From NCBI GenBank assembly GCA_949358305.1, contig OX442314.1, positions 620,001 to 684,000 of the forward strand: 64,000 nt of DNA. Reading direction: 5' to 3'. The number at the start of each line of letters is the position of its first letter. The first letter of the stretch is position 1. Position numbers and translations under genes: made by a program. Positions 11,396 to 24,069 of this stretch are shown here, piece by piece. The notes below the pieces were generated by a model. The model saw nothing but the letters and a program-made list of their open reading frames with translations, ran no database searches and was not told the origin of the DNA. The stretch comes from Strigamia acuminata. Taxonomy: Eukaryota.

Positions 11396-14300
11396 TTAAA
11401 ATTCTCTGAATCTTTGAGAGGTACTTCTATGAGCTTCGTTACATTTGCAAGTGTCGTAGGCACCTTCCTTCTTGAATTTGTAATACAGTTCGTGTCCTTG
11501 GGGACGATGGTGTCTGCGGGTGTGATGTCGTGGCCGTTCAAAATGTCCAACTTCCAGTCTTCCAGGATGTTTGGCATAATTTCTTTTGGCATTATTATAA
11601 TCTCTTGTTATGCTGTCAAATTGACGTCTGTAATCAGGTCTCCTTCGGTACTCTGGTCTCAAAACAATTTTTGGTTCAAAAACTAGCTCAGGTCGCAGTC
11701 GATACTCGGGTTCATCACTCGGTTCTTCAGTTGGTTCTTCAACATCCGTTTCCTTGTATTCTGGGAACGAATGGACTTTTGTAGCAGCACAAAGTTTAGC
11801 AAAATCCAGTACAGTAGAGCTGGCTTGAATGACAACAGGAATTTCCAGGGTTGTTCCATCTTTTTCCTTGTTTTCTTTGAAAGTCAAATCTCGATAAGTA
11901 GCAAAGAGAACGAGCAATTGAAGTTCTTCAGGTGTCAGTTGGAAACTTCTTGGCTTGTCATTGTGAATCGTTACTTCCACTTCGTAAGCACCTTCATCAT
12001 GCTTTATCACAATGTTAAAAAGCTTGGAAATTCGCACTTTTTTGACGAAATCAAAAAATTCAGGCTTAATGTGAGAGAAAACTGGATGCAAGCTATCTTT
12101 CCTGATAACCATAGTCACAGAATTGTCCTCATCTATATAAAAGTTATACGGGAATTCCGGTCTACTGAACATAGCCACAAACAGCTGAGTAATAATAGGT
12201 GAAAGATTTTCAATTATCAGCTTATTCGGTCCATTTGAAATTACAAGGTTGATTTCATTATCTGGGTTTCGGGTAATCGAAAGTTCCACATTAGGACTAT
12301 GCCGTGCTATCTGTGAAGTCTTCAAGAAGGCTGGATGCACATTTCTGAAAACCAGATTTGGTCTGTGTGCAGTAATTTCTACAGTAGCTTTGCCATCCCT
12401 TTCATTCAAAATTCTTGTGTGTAACTTAGGCTGAGAAAGCAGGATACTTGCTAATTGAACAGTGGTAGGCGACTGATGAGGAAACTTTTTACCATTGAGA
12501 TCAAAGGTGTAAGAATCAGGATTTGTCGAATGCGGCTTTTTCTTATCCAACACAATGGAAAATGTATCCTTGGGAGTTGGTTTGTGCTTGGTCAGAAAGT
12601 TTAATACTTCTGGGCTTACATCGTGTAAAATGTTGTGAGAAACTCTTTTCGGTGCAGTTACAATTAAATGTCCATCTTCGTCAACGGCCGACTTCAGTGG
12701 AAGACTTGGTTCAGTGTACAAGCGGACGAGAAAGTTAAGGAATAAGGGTTTGATATTGTCCTCAGAGAGTGGATTTGAGCGGTCATAAAGGTCATCAAAC
12801 ACAACCTTGTAGGTGTTTGGTTTGCTACCTGGTGAAACAATGACAGAGTTGAGTTTTGGGTTTCGGAAGTCCCGAATCAACAATAGATCTTTCGGAGTAA
12901 TTGGCACATCAAATGTTGGTACGTCATCTCTGGATGGTCTGACTGTTAACTTTCCATTAGGTTGTGGTTGGACGCGATACTCCGTGGTTGGTGCATTAAC
13001 CAATTCCACGATTAATTGAACAATCTTGGGTTCTAGATGTTTAAAATGTTTAATTGGTTTGTTTTGCTCTTGGAATATTACGTCATAGTGGTCTGGAATC
13101 TCAGAACTGGTCACGACCACTTCAAGATTTGGATGAAAGCGATGTTTGTCAACAAATTTAAGCAAATCCTTGGATACATTTGGAACTATTAACTCTTTTG
13201 GTCGAACTGGAATACTCAGGACATGTCTTCCATCTCTGCCAGTATAAATATGGAATGGAAGTTTTGGTTCAGTGAGTAACTTAGTGGCAAGGTTAACAAT
13301 ATTAGGAGCGACACGAGGATATGACTCTCTGTCTGGACCATGACCAACTACAACCGTGGGTTGATTTTTTCTGTCACGCTTAATAGTGACATCTGTGTGC
13401 GGATGTCGTTTAATGTGATGGATCAAATCCACATCATCTTTGTTAACTACAGCTGTCGTAGTTTTAGGCAGGTCTTCGGGCACATTACCATAGATTTGAT
13501 TGTCACTTGTTGGCTTCAATTGTATGTTTCTGTGAGGATTTTTATACAATTTTATAACAACCGGCAATACCCTTTTAGGAATATTTGGATAGACATGCTC
13601 TTTTTTACCATCTTTGACAATGACAGTGAAAGCTCCATCTTTTTGTGGTTTGATATTAAGCTTAACATCCTTTGGAGAATGGAGAAGTTTTATCAATTCC
13701 AGAACATCCGGAGTTATTTGCACATTATCTTCTTTGACATTTGATTTTGGTACCGTGATGTAAAAGTTACCTTTCGGTGTTGGTTTAACAGTGAAAGAAA
13801 CATCTGGATGACTCTTCAAATCTATGATCAAGTCTAACGTCTCTTGGTTGACATGAGGATAAGTCTTTGGCTTCTTATGTGGTTCTTTGGTTTCAATATC
13901 AAAGGTGTGGTCTGGTCCTGGCTTGACGTTGATTTCTGTATCTGGATTTTGTTTAATATCTCTAATGATATCTAGAACATTAGGCTTCACTTCATAGCGA
14001 TGGCTGTTGCTACTTGGTTCAGTTGGAACAAATTCGATTGTGTCATCTTTGCCCGGTTTGATTTCATATTCTACAGTTGGTTCACTGTATAATTTGGTGA
14101 TAACTGGAATCAATTCGGGACTAATATGCTTGTACTCTTTTTCTGGTTTTTTACCATTTTGTACAACAACGGTAAAAGTTCCTGGTTTATCTGGTTTGAA
14201 TGAAACTTTCGGTTGTGGTTTTTGTTTGATGTTCTTTATTAAATCGATGATCTCTGGAGTTAGTTTTGTATGAACAGGTTGCGATTGGTGTTTTGGTACG

Positions 14301-17300
14301 ACCAATTGAATCTTTCCACGCTTGTCTGACTTTACTCTGAATTGTACGTGTGGAGTTGTTTTCAGCTTGCTGATCAAATTCAAGACATTTGGATGCACAT
14401 GCTTCAAGGTGTGAGGTTTGCTTCCATCTTTCGGTTTGATTGTTACTGTAAAAGTACCTTCATTGTCTGGCTTAATTTCAATCTCAGTATCTGGTTGATG
14501 TCTTACAATTTCCAAAGGTTTCAGATAATCGATATTTATATCAATATTTTCAACATCTGGTTTTTTCTTATTTGGAACATTAATGTTTACCTTCTTCGGA
14601 TCATCTGAAGGGGTAATTTCAAAAGGCAAATCCTTTTGATTCCTAATAGTAATTAACTTATTCAGTAATTCAGGAGTAATATCTGGATAGGTTTTGGTAT
14701 CTTGACCATCACTGACAGTAATTTTGAAATTTGGACCGTCTGGAGCAATGGAAATGGATAATTGAGGAGCTGATTTGATTGTCTGGACAAGTGCCAATTG
14801 ATTCTTTGGTATTGAAATAATGGGATCGTTTGAAGTCTTTCCAGGTGAAATAACATGAATAACATCCTTGGGCTTATGTTCTTTTCTGTGTGGTTCTTTA
14901 TGTCCAGGTTTTTCATGGTGTGGTTCTTTATGTCCAGGTTTTTCATGGTGTGGTTCTTTATGTCCAGGTTTTTCATGGTGTGGTTCTTTATGTCCAGGTT
15001 TTTCATGGTGTGGTTCTTTATGTCCAGGTTTTTCATAGTGTGGTTCTTTATGTCCAGGTTTTTCATGATGCGGTTCTTTGTGTCCAGGTTTTTCATGGTG
15101 TGGTTCTTTATGTCTAGGTTTTTCATGATGCGGTTCTTTATGTCCAGGTTTTTCATGATGCGGTTCTTTATGTCCGGGTTTTTCATAGTGTGGTTCTTTT
15201 TGTCCAGGTTTTTCTTTAACAATGTGAATCGGCAATTTTGGATTTTTGGTTACTTTTATCAGAAACTTGATAGCTTCAGGGGATTGGTCTTTCAACTTCT
15301 TTGGTTTTCCATTAATGAAGACAATAATGTTAGATTTTCCATTTTTAGAAGGTTCCACTTTGTACTTGATGTTTGACTTTGGATTCTTTTTTATCTCTTC
15401 GATCAAATCAGTGAACTCAAGGTCTACTGTTATCGGTGTGTTTGTTTCATCGTCCGTCACAACAAAAGTTGGTTCCTCATGTTTAGGTTCTTCTTTGACA
15501 ATGTGAATCGGCAACTTTGGATTTTTTGTTACTTTTATCAGAAACTTGATAGCTTCAGGGGTTTGGTCTTTCAAAATCTTCGGTTTTCCATTAATGTAGA
15601 CAATAATATTAGATTTTCCGTTTTTAGAAGGTTCCACCTTATACTTGATGTTTGACTTTGGATTCTTTTTTATCTCTTCGATCAAATCAGTGAACTCAAG
15701 GTCTACTGTTATCGGTGTGTTTGTTTCATCGTCCGTCACAACAAAAGTTGGTTCCTCATGTTTAGGTTCTTCTTTGACAATGTGAATAGGCAAATTTGGA
15801 TTTTTTGTTACTTTGATCAGAAAGTTGATAGCTTCAGGGGATTGGTCTTTCAACTTATTTGGTTTTCCATTAATGTAGACAATAATGTTGGATTTTCCGT
15901 TTTTAGAAGGTTCCACCTTGTACTTGATGTTTGACTTTGGATTCTTCTTTATCTCTTCGATCAAATCAGTGAACTCAACGTCGACTTCAATCAATGAGTT
16001 TGTTTCTTCATCCGCCACAATAAAAGTAGTTTGATCTTGTTCTGGTTTAGGTTTTTCTTTGGTGACATGAATTGGTAGTTTTGGATTTTTTGTTACTTTC
16101 ATCAGAAACTTTACAGCTTCAGGAGATTGGTCTTTCAACTCTTTTGGTTTTCCATCGATGAAGACAATAACATTGAATTTTCCATTTTTGGAAGGTTCAA
16201 CCTTGAACTTGAAGTTTGATGTCGGATTCTTCTTGATTTCTTCAATCAAATCAGTGAACTCGACGTCTACTTGGATTGGTGTTTGTGTTTCTTCGTCCGA
16301 CAGAATAAAAGTTGTTTGGCCATTATGCTTGACTGTTTTTGGAGTCCTAAGCGATTGAAGCAATTGAACAATAATGTTTAAGAATTTAGCTGGTAATGGA
16401 TATTTTTTTGTTTTGCCATTGTGAGTGATGACAAGCTCCAAACCATTTTTCCCAGAGCCAATTCTCAAGTTGTATGATGGATCACTCTTAGCCTTGGTTA
16501 TTAATTCTAAAAATTTATCAGAATCAATGGTACCAATGTTGAGGTCCTCAGGTTGCTCTTCAAGTGTAATCGTAAATTGTCCAGTAGCTGATGCTGGTGA
16601 AAGCTTAAATTGCAAATCAGGATTCTTAATAAGTTTAATAAAAACAAAAAGCAAATTTGGATCAATGTGCTTGTATGTTTTAGATCCTTTCGTCCCTTCA
16701 TGGATGGTCAACTCATATTTGCCATCGGTTCCTGGTTGAATTTGAATTCTATTTTCTGGATGTTCTCGTACTTGTTTCAGCAATGTCAAAAACAGTGGTT
16801 TTACTGTAAATGTTGTTTGCGCTGCACTATTGTCAGGAATAAACAAATAAGATTTATCTCCTGATTTGCCTAAAATTTCATATGGCAATGAGGGATTCTT
16901 AACCAATCGAATAAAAGCATCACCAATTTTAGCTGGCACATCAGAATAGATTTTCTTTTTCCCATTTGAGTCGTCAGTCACAGTTATTGTGTACGTATCA
17001 CCTGATGTTGCTATTTGAATTGAATAGCCTCCTTTCCTAATCTTTTTTACGACCTTTAAGAATTCGGGCTTCACTGTAATAATATTTGATGGTTTTGGCG
17101 GTTCAGGAGATACAGCAATTTTTACGTTGGAACCCTCTTTTCCTACTTCCTGGATTTGCAAAGTTGGATTCTTGAGTAATTTTACAAACAAGGATAAAAT
17201 GTCTCTAGGTATTTTGTTGTAGGTTTTTGTTCCTTTGTCAGTCGTTAAGGTTACCGTCAACAAGCCATCGTCTTCTGGCTGATATTTGATTTTAACCGCT

Positions 17301-18663
17301 TTAGTTGATTTCCGGACTTGCCTGATCAGTTCAACGAATTGTGGTTTAACGATGTAGTACTCAATCCCTTTTCCAATTGTCCCCGTATTGAGGTCGTCAG
17401 GTTGATCCACAACAGTCACAGTAAATTCTCCATTAGCAGCTGGTGAGACTTTATATTGCAAATTAGGATTCTTAATGAGTTCGACAAAAGAGAAAAGTAG
17501 GTTTGGGTCTATGTGCTTGTAGGTTTTGGACTGTTTCTTTCCATCTTGAACGGTCAACTCATATTTACCATCGGTTCCGGGTTGAATACTTATGTGATTG
17601 CTCGGATGATTTCGTACCTGTTTTAGCAATGTCAAAAACAGCGATTTAACTGTTATTGTTGTTTTCTTTCCACTGAAGTTGGGAATAAACAATACATCTT
17701 CGTCTCCTGATTTGCCTATAACTTGGTACTGCAATGAAGGATCTTTGAGCAATCGAATAAAAGCTTCGCCAGTATTTGCCGGTAGATCAGCATATGTTTC
17801 CTTTTTCCCGCTTGACTTATTAGTCACAGTTATTGTGTACTTGTTGCCTTTTGTTGATATTTGAATTGAATAACCTCCTTTTCTTATTCTATTGACTGCA
17901 TCTAAAAGTTGGGGTTTTATTTTAAAAATATTTGTTGGTTTTGGTGGTTCAGGAGAAACAGCAATTTTTACTTTTGACCCAACTTTTCCGACTTCTTTGA
18001 TTTGCAATCTTGGATTTTTAAGTAATTTGGCAAACAAGTCAAACGTGGCTTTTGATATTTTGTCATATGTTTTTGTTCCTTTGTCAGTGGTTACTATCAG
18101 TTTGTAGAGGCCATCTTGATGTCTTTGAGCTTGGACCTTAACGGCTTTAGTTGAGGCTCTAACTTCTTGAATCAGTTGAACAAATTGCAGATCAACAGTG
18201 AAATATTCAACACTTTGACTGGAAGATGATCTACTAGAAGTTCCACCAGAAGATGATCCACCAGAAGATGATTCACTCGAAGATGATCCACTGGAAGAAG
18301 ATCCACTCCAAGACGTTCCACCAGAAGACGTACCACCAGAAGACGATGAAGTGGAATATGTTCGACTATGAGTTGTGGTTGCTGAAGGAATTCGATGTTG
18401 TACATGGCCTACTACATGGTGCAAAGCCTTATTTACGTCATTGAAGTGTTTTGGAATCAAGTTGTATGATGATATCAATCCAATAACTGAAATAAATGTA
18501 TGAATCATGATTTATTATTATTTCAAAGTATTTTTCTATTAAGGTTACAGTGACTAGAACGTCAAACAAGAAGTTTTTTCTGTTTCAATCTGAAATATTT
18601 ACCTGAAAGCTGCAAAACCACGAACAGCCAAGTATGTCTCTCTCTTTGGAGAAACATCTTCAT
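11396..18663 (-). CDS. Unrecognised giant secreted tandem-domain protein, copy 1 (about 2,383 aa); exons 18663-18603 and 18486-11396
   Basis: 7.1-kb uninterrupted ORF. Upstream exon MKMFLQRERHTWLFVVLQLS splices in phase 1 (donor GTAAAT at 18602, acceptor TTTATTTCAG ending 18487) to VIGLISS-YNL..., completing a signal peptide. AATAAA on the minus strand at 11351-11356. About 22 repeats of a ~90-aa unit plus Ser/Gly and His blocks. Confidence 0.9.
14885..15216 (-). repeat. 30-bp coding tandem repeat, (KEPHHEKPGH) x 11
   Basis: Unit tggttctttatgtccaggtttttcatggtg on the plus strand; second copy at about 29892-30223. Confidence 0.95.
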
Positions 18664-18680
18664 TCGTCTAATGGATTGAA

Positions 18681-18716
18681 GAGTGAAGTTTCAGTATGAG
18701 ATTGTGAGCTTATATA
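18681..18716 (-). promoter_or_regulatory. TATA box plus initiator of giant secreted protein copy 1 (same arrangement at 33688-33723 for copy 2)
   Basis: TATATAAG at 18716-18709 and Inr-like TTCACTC about 30 bp downstream, about 20 nt before the ATG. Confidence 0.65.
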
Positions 18717-19569
18717 GTGATCAAAGAAAAAACAATCAACTGAACATCTGTAGCTAATTGCCGCACATAATAGAAATTATCTATTATTGCCGAAATACCA
18801 TCAAATGAAAAACACTTCAAAGCAATTCTTGACAGCTGCACTCTTTACTAAATGCAATTAGAAGACTTTTAATGTTGAAAACAATTGTTATTAGTTTTTG
18901 TTTTTCATTCCTGCTGCAGGTTTAATTGAAGTGTACCTTTCACCAGGCCGTCAACTTAAGCAAAAACCTTTAACCGTGAATAATAATTGTGTGATAAATA
19001 TTTATCAGCCTGATTCTTATATGCTAATACCGAGTTGCATTGCTTACATATGAAAACCTACTTTTTATTATAAGAATTGTAAAAAAAAACAAAATGGCAG
19101 TTCTTTGCTGTGTGAATGAGATGAAAGAGATCCTCGATTAAAAACCAACAATCAATCCAACATCACAACCGATTTTTATAAGGTTTTGCATTAACTCCTG
19201 TTTAAAAATTTCTCTGAAATTGCTGTCTAATGCTTGCTGCAATCATAAGCTTTTTTCCGAATTAGATTTTGGATTGTATGGCATGTTTAGCCAAGATTGA
19301 GTTGTCTAAAAACACGAGAAGTTCCTGGAAACTTCATACAAGCATGAGAACCAACTGTTTGTAGTATTTAAACACTACCCCACATTTGTATGCATGCTGG
19401 CTGACCCTCACACGTTTACTCGATGTTTTTCCCTCACATGCTTGTTACACAAAAAGTCCCAAAATCATCATATTTCCAGCATGGAATAAAGCACTTTTCA
19501 CTTTAATTAGCATTAAGTATGTTTGTACATTAATTTTTGATACAATTATTTAATTTTTTGATAATTCGT

Positions 19570-21204
19570 TGCCGGTATACACGTCGTACGCGGAACGCAA
19601 CGTCGACGTACTTTAACGTGTGGTACACGTGCCGCAGCGCAGTCGACCAAACTGCCGCCCATCATTTTTGAGATAGGACATTTTCTGATGTCAGGTATTT
19701 CGGTGCTTCCACTGCATTCTTATTCTGTGGATGTCCTACAAAATTTGCAGTCTGCACGTCTGTGGCCTTTTTCACCGCATGACAAGCACTTGTCCGGGTC
19801 CCGTTGGTGTTTCGCACCCGATGGCTTCTGTTGTGGTCTAGTGGTGCCCCTCGAGGAGCGTTTGCCACTTTTGCACGCATCCGTCTTGAGTTTAGCAGCG
19901 TTGCCGACCTGGTGAACGGTTGTGGATGTGTCGGCGAAACTCATGATGTCGGAGCTAGCCAACTCAGCTGCTATGGCGGCAGCTAAAGCTTTCTCGAAGA
20001 TGAGATTGCTCTGCAGGTAGAGCGTTTCCTAGACCGCAGGCATGTTGAGACCAAAAATGAATTGATTTCTCAACTCATTGTTGAGATTATCACCCAACTC
20101 GCAATATGTTGTGTGCGCTTGTAAAGCGTCAGCGAACTCCGTAACCGTCTTGCCTTTGTTGCAACGACGCGATCGGAAACGAATCAGCTCACCCTGGGCC
20201 AGCGGCTTCGGTTTCTGGTGTTTTCCCACAAGCTGCACGATTTCGTCGTATTTCATTGTTGTAGGATCTTTGGGTCGGACCAAATCCATGATTTCCTGCA
20301 CGGTTGCAATCCCGACACAAGCCAACAGGTAGTTGACCTTGTCGGCGTCTTCGGTTATTTTATTGCACGCGAAGAAGCACTTCATTTGGAACAAATAAGT
20401 GGACCAATTGACCTATGGATTATACTTCCCGGGGTTCCCGGTCAGTGGCATTGAAACGGCAAAAGAATACGAAAATGAGAATCGTGTTGAAAAAACTCAA
20501 GGAGAAATTTTAGGCTTAGCACGCGCGCACGTGTTTGGAAAGTCCGAAAATCGTCGAAAATTGCATGAAGACACTCAAAACTTGTGGATAGTGTTCTTGA
20601 AACAAATATCCCACCCCTCCTCGCTAATTAAAGTGTTCTTTGATTCGGATTGTATCGATGGTGTGGTGTTGGATGTAGAAGGAGCGGACTCAGGAGTCCA
20701 CCATTGTACTCAAGCTTATTTGCATATACTCTTTCCACACTCAAGAGGAGCCCTGGAATCTTGGCTCCCATTGGCCGAGCCATTTCACTTGTGTAGTGAT
20801 ACGTAAAAAAAGACTCAAAACACTAGAATTGCATTATACAGATATACAGATATAAATAGAAGTACAGACGTTGCAATAGATTTTCTGTCCTGACAAAGCA
20901 AACGACCAAATTAACAGACATGCATTTTAAAACAAAAAGAACATAAAACTTTATTTTTAAAATGGAAATTACTTTTTATTCTAGAGTAACATTAAATGTA
21001 CATCATTTCAATCATTATTCTACTGAAAAAGACTAAAAATCATCGGGAACTACTTTTCCTCGTAGCAGAAGTTCAACTACAGTTCTGAGTAATCAGACTA
21101 GGCCAATGGGAGCCAAGATTCCAGGGCTCCTCTTGTGTGTGAAAAGAGTATAAGTGTTTTATTCAAGGTATGACACAGGTGGCGCTGCAATCGGCAGCAT
21201 TACA
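19570..21204 (-). mobile_element. Decayed Gypsy (Mag/K02A2.6-like) element: 5' LTR (about 20634-21204, interrupted by a MITE), degenerate PBS and disrupted gag
   Basis: Gag-like FFACNKI...LLACVG...RFRSRR...LRNQFIFGL with an in-frame stop at 20029, then CCHC knuckle CLSCGEKGHRRADC; TGT...ACA bounded short LTR with AATAAA on the minus strand; ttagcgaggag next to the LTR resembles the TGGCGACGAG PBS. Confidence 0.7.
20725..21152. mobile_element. Tc1/mariner-like MITE (TA ends, about 50-bp TIR); second family member at 45356-45826
   Basis: tatactctttccacactcaagaggagccctggaatcttggctcccattggcc and its reverse complement at the other end. Confidence 0.85.
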
Positions 21205-21425
21205 AATTAACATATCAACAATTGGAGTATGAGATACTCCATTCTCAATTGGAAATAAAATGTAATATTGTGACTGATTGCTGGTCACTACAACACATGG
21301 CCTAGTCAAACCCCATTCCTCCAGGTGGAGTTTATGGTTGCAAGCAATGACCAATGATACCATCACATGATGTCATATCCGGTCATCACCAAACAACCAA
21401 TAGGAAAAGTACCGTAAGCTGACAA

Positions 21426-21735
21426 GGGGCCGTCCATAAATTACGTAACGCAAAATTTAAGATTTTTAGACTCCCCTTTCCCCCTTCTGTAACATGGTCG
21501 TCACAAATTCCCAAAACCCCACCCCCTAATTATGTAACAAAACTGAAATCACCCCCCAAATTTTCAAAAAATCACATAAAAAATGATAATATTTTGATTA
21601 TACAATATTTAATTTTTTTTTACATGGAACGTACCAAAATTTGAAACCCCCTCTCCCTTAGTAATGACTCTTAACAAAATTTGAAACCCCCTTCCCCCCC
21701 ACCTTTGGTGCATTACGTAATTTATGGACGGCTCC
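21426..21735. mobile_element. PIF/Harbinger (Tourist-like) MITE
   Basis: TIR ggggccgtccataaattacgtaa / ttacgtaatttatggacggctcc; flanks caa/taa; empty site gctgaTAAgctgc in the duplicate near 35834-35846. Confidence 0.8.
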
Positions 21736-22699
21736 TAAGCTGCAAGAATGTACTATAAAAGGCCCAACATCTTGTTTGGAGCCAGAGCTGTGTAGGTGCA
21801 GCTACGGTTCACACCTTGCTAATCTCCACTCGTTAGCCATGCGAAAGTTTAGACAATGTGCTGGTAAGTGTTCCCAGTGCCGTAAGTAACTCATGGACAT
21901 TAACAGATAACCGACCGCACTACACGTAGGTTAGCTTAACCCTGTGTGCAGTGTGTGGTCGCAGATATGCTGCAGCAATGCAATGGAATAGAATACTCTA
22001 TATTCTATAATTCTATTCTTGTACGATTTAATTATACAACAATTGCAAATAAATGTTGGCTTGTCTGAATGAATAAAATTTAAAAAGCAAATTGTCAAAA
22101 AAAAATTTTACAAACGTCAATTATCGACTGAAGGCCGCGCGCGCACTGTAAGCGAGACAATGACAAAATTCCTTGAACACGGCCATTTCGTTGTCCAGCA
22201 AAATACCTTTTTGAGTAATAAACTCCAAAAAATACTTCTCCAGCTTTCCAGCTTCACGAGCATCGATAATGTTTCATAATATTTCACATACCAGTATATA
22301 AAGGAGTCTTGTAACTGAGAATTGATTATTCATTGAATATTCTTCACAGCCAACTTCTCTTATCTTCATTTTATTACAATTACAATGAATTCGGGGACCA
22401 AATGTGCACAATGCAAGTGCGCACCGAAATCAATTGAGCACCTCAATTGTGCCCGTTGCAAATGCGCTGTCTCATGTGCGCACAATGCAAATGTGCACGT
22501 CCTAAATGTGCTCGTCTTAAATGCGCACTGATTAAAATTAAATAAAATAAAAAAAAGTAAATTAAATAACATTAAGTAATAATAATAATAAAATGGGTTT
22601 CAAATGCGCACATGAGTAAATCCGTTATTTCTTTATTAATGTCCTTTATTTTAATTATAAGAAGAGTCTGTTAAGGTACGCCCCTAATGCATGCATCGT

Positions 22700-23430
22700 T
22701 CTGCAAGCAAAAGTGACTTCTTGTAGCCTGGGTGTCCAGACCTCACATCTCCAGTGCAAAACTCACTGTCCACGAGTAATCGACCTATGACAAGGCCACT
22801 ACAAAGTTAGCCGGCAATGTGTGTTTGCCCAATGTGTTTGGCAGAGAGGAGTGCCATGATTCCAAGCTGTTGTTAGTGCGGTGTGGCAGCTCAAACACAC
22901 TAAAACGGGTGGCAGTCACTTCCAGCAGCGGCTGATTACGGAAGTAACTAAAGAAGTCTGTCATCAGTTCTGCAACATGTACTGCCCGACCAGCTGCGTT
23001 CCAGTAGCACGGCTGTTAGCCTAGACTTGTGCACACAACTCCTTGTTTATAAAAAAGACTGACACAGAGCCATCTTCTCCAATCAATGTGCCGTCGTAGA
23101 TATACGATAATCGATCGTCAGGGTTTGGCATAACACGTTGCGTTTCCATTATCTGATAAAACGAATTCAGATCCGGCAACTTTGGAACAGACTTCCTGCA
23201 CATCTGACTCAGTAATGACTTAAAGTTCTTGTACGGGCGCTGGTAACCTACATCAGGTGACTAGTTTGTGTGTAAAGAGTCTGGTATTCATTTCTAAGGC
23301 AGTTGTTCCATGCTGATGCAGAGAAGTAACCTCAAACTCTGCAGTAGTAAGGTTTAGCCGGCCTCTACAATGGCATACTCGAACAATACACCGCATCAGC
23401 ATGATGTTGTCAACTAAACCTCATGGTTTA
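22700..23430 (-). pseudogene. Mutator/MULE transposase remnant
   Basis: Minus-strand translation FFSYFRNQ...FSVFELPHRTNNSLESWHSSL contains the RTNNxxExWH catalytic-Glu motif; stops elsewhere. Confidence 0.7.
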
Positions 23431-23457
23431 TCTTCTCGGTAAATAAACTTCCTCTGG

Positions 23458-24069
23458 CAGGGCCATCTTTACCATTGGGCTAACTGGGCTGCAGCCCAGG
23501 GGCGCCGGGCAGAGAAGGGCGCCGGGCAGAGAGGGGTGCCGAGCAGAGAAGCGCGCCGGGCAGAGAGGGATGCCGAGCAGAGAAGCGCGCCGAGCAGAGA
23601 CGGGTGCCGGGCAGAGAGGGGTGCCGGGCAAGAAGGATGCCAGGCGCCTCCTACAAATAATTTTCATGAGTGTTCAAATATAAACTGAACTTGTAGACCC
23701 GTTCCAACACATTGTTGATAGTGAATATAACACATGGGCGCACTCCTAAAGGTGCATTTGTAGGTCCAAAAGTGCATTTGTAGGTCCAAAAATGCATTTG
23801 TAGGTCCAAAAATGCATTTGTAGGTCAAAAAATGTATTTTTTTGGTTCAAATCTATTTTTCACAAAAAGTCTTACCAGTACTTCTTGTGTAGGAGGATGA
23901 GAGTGGGGCACCAGCATACCAAAAAAACACAAGTGCACTAGAAGTATATCCTAAGAACAGGCCTGTAAAATTGTGAATATAAAAATGATTTTTTTTTAAT
24001 TATGACAAAGGACAAGGGGCGCCTGATTTTTTTAAGCCCAGGGCGCTGAAAAGTGTTAAGACGGCCCTG
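23458..24069. mobile_element. hAT-like MITE with internal 18-bp and 20-bp tandem repeats
   Basis: TIR cagggcc(a/g)tctt; 8-bp flanks tcctctgg / ttctctgg; internal gccgggcagaga and aaatgcatttgtaggtcc arrays. Confidence 0.8.

Noticed and set aside
14662..15376. Alternative-frame ORFs (MKNLDIKNHT)n, (MVWFFMSRFF)n, (VVLYVQVFHG)n, and their duplicates near 29.7-30.4 kb
   Set aside because: Shadow frames of the 30-bp His-repeat; no independent gene signals.
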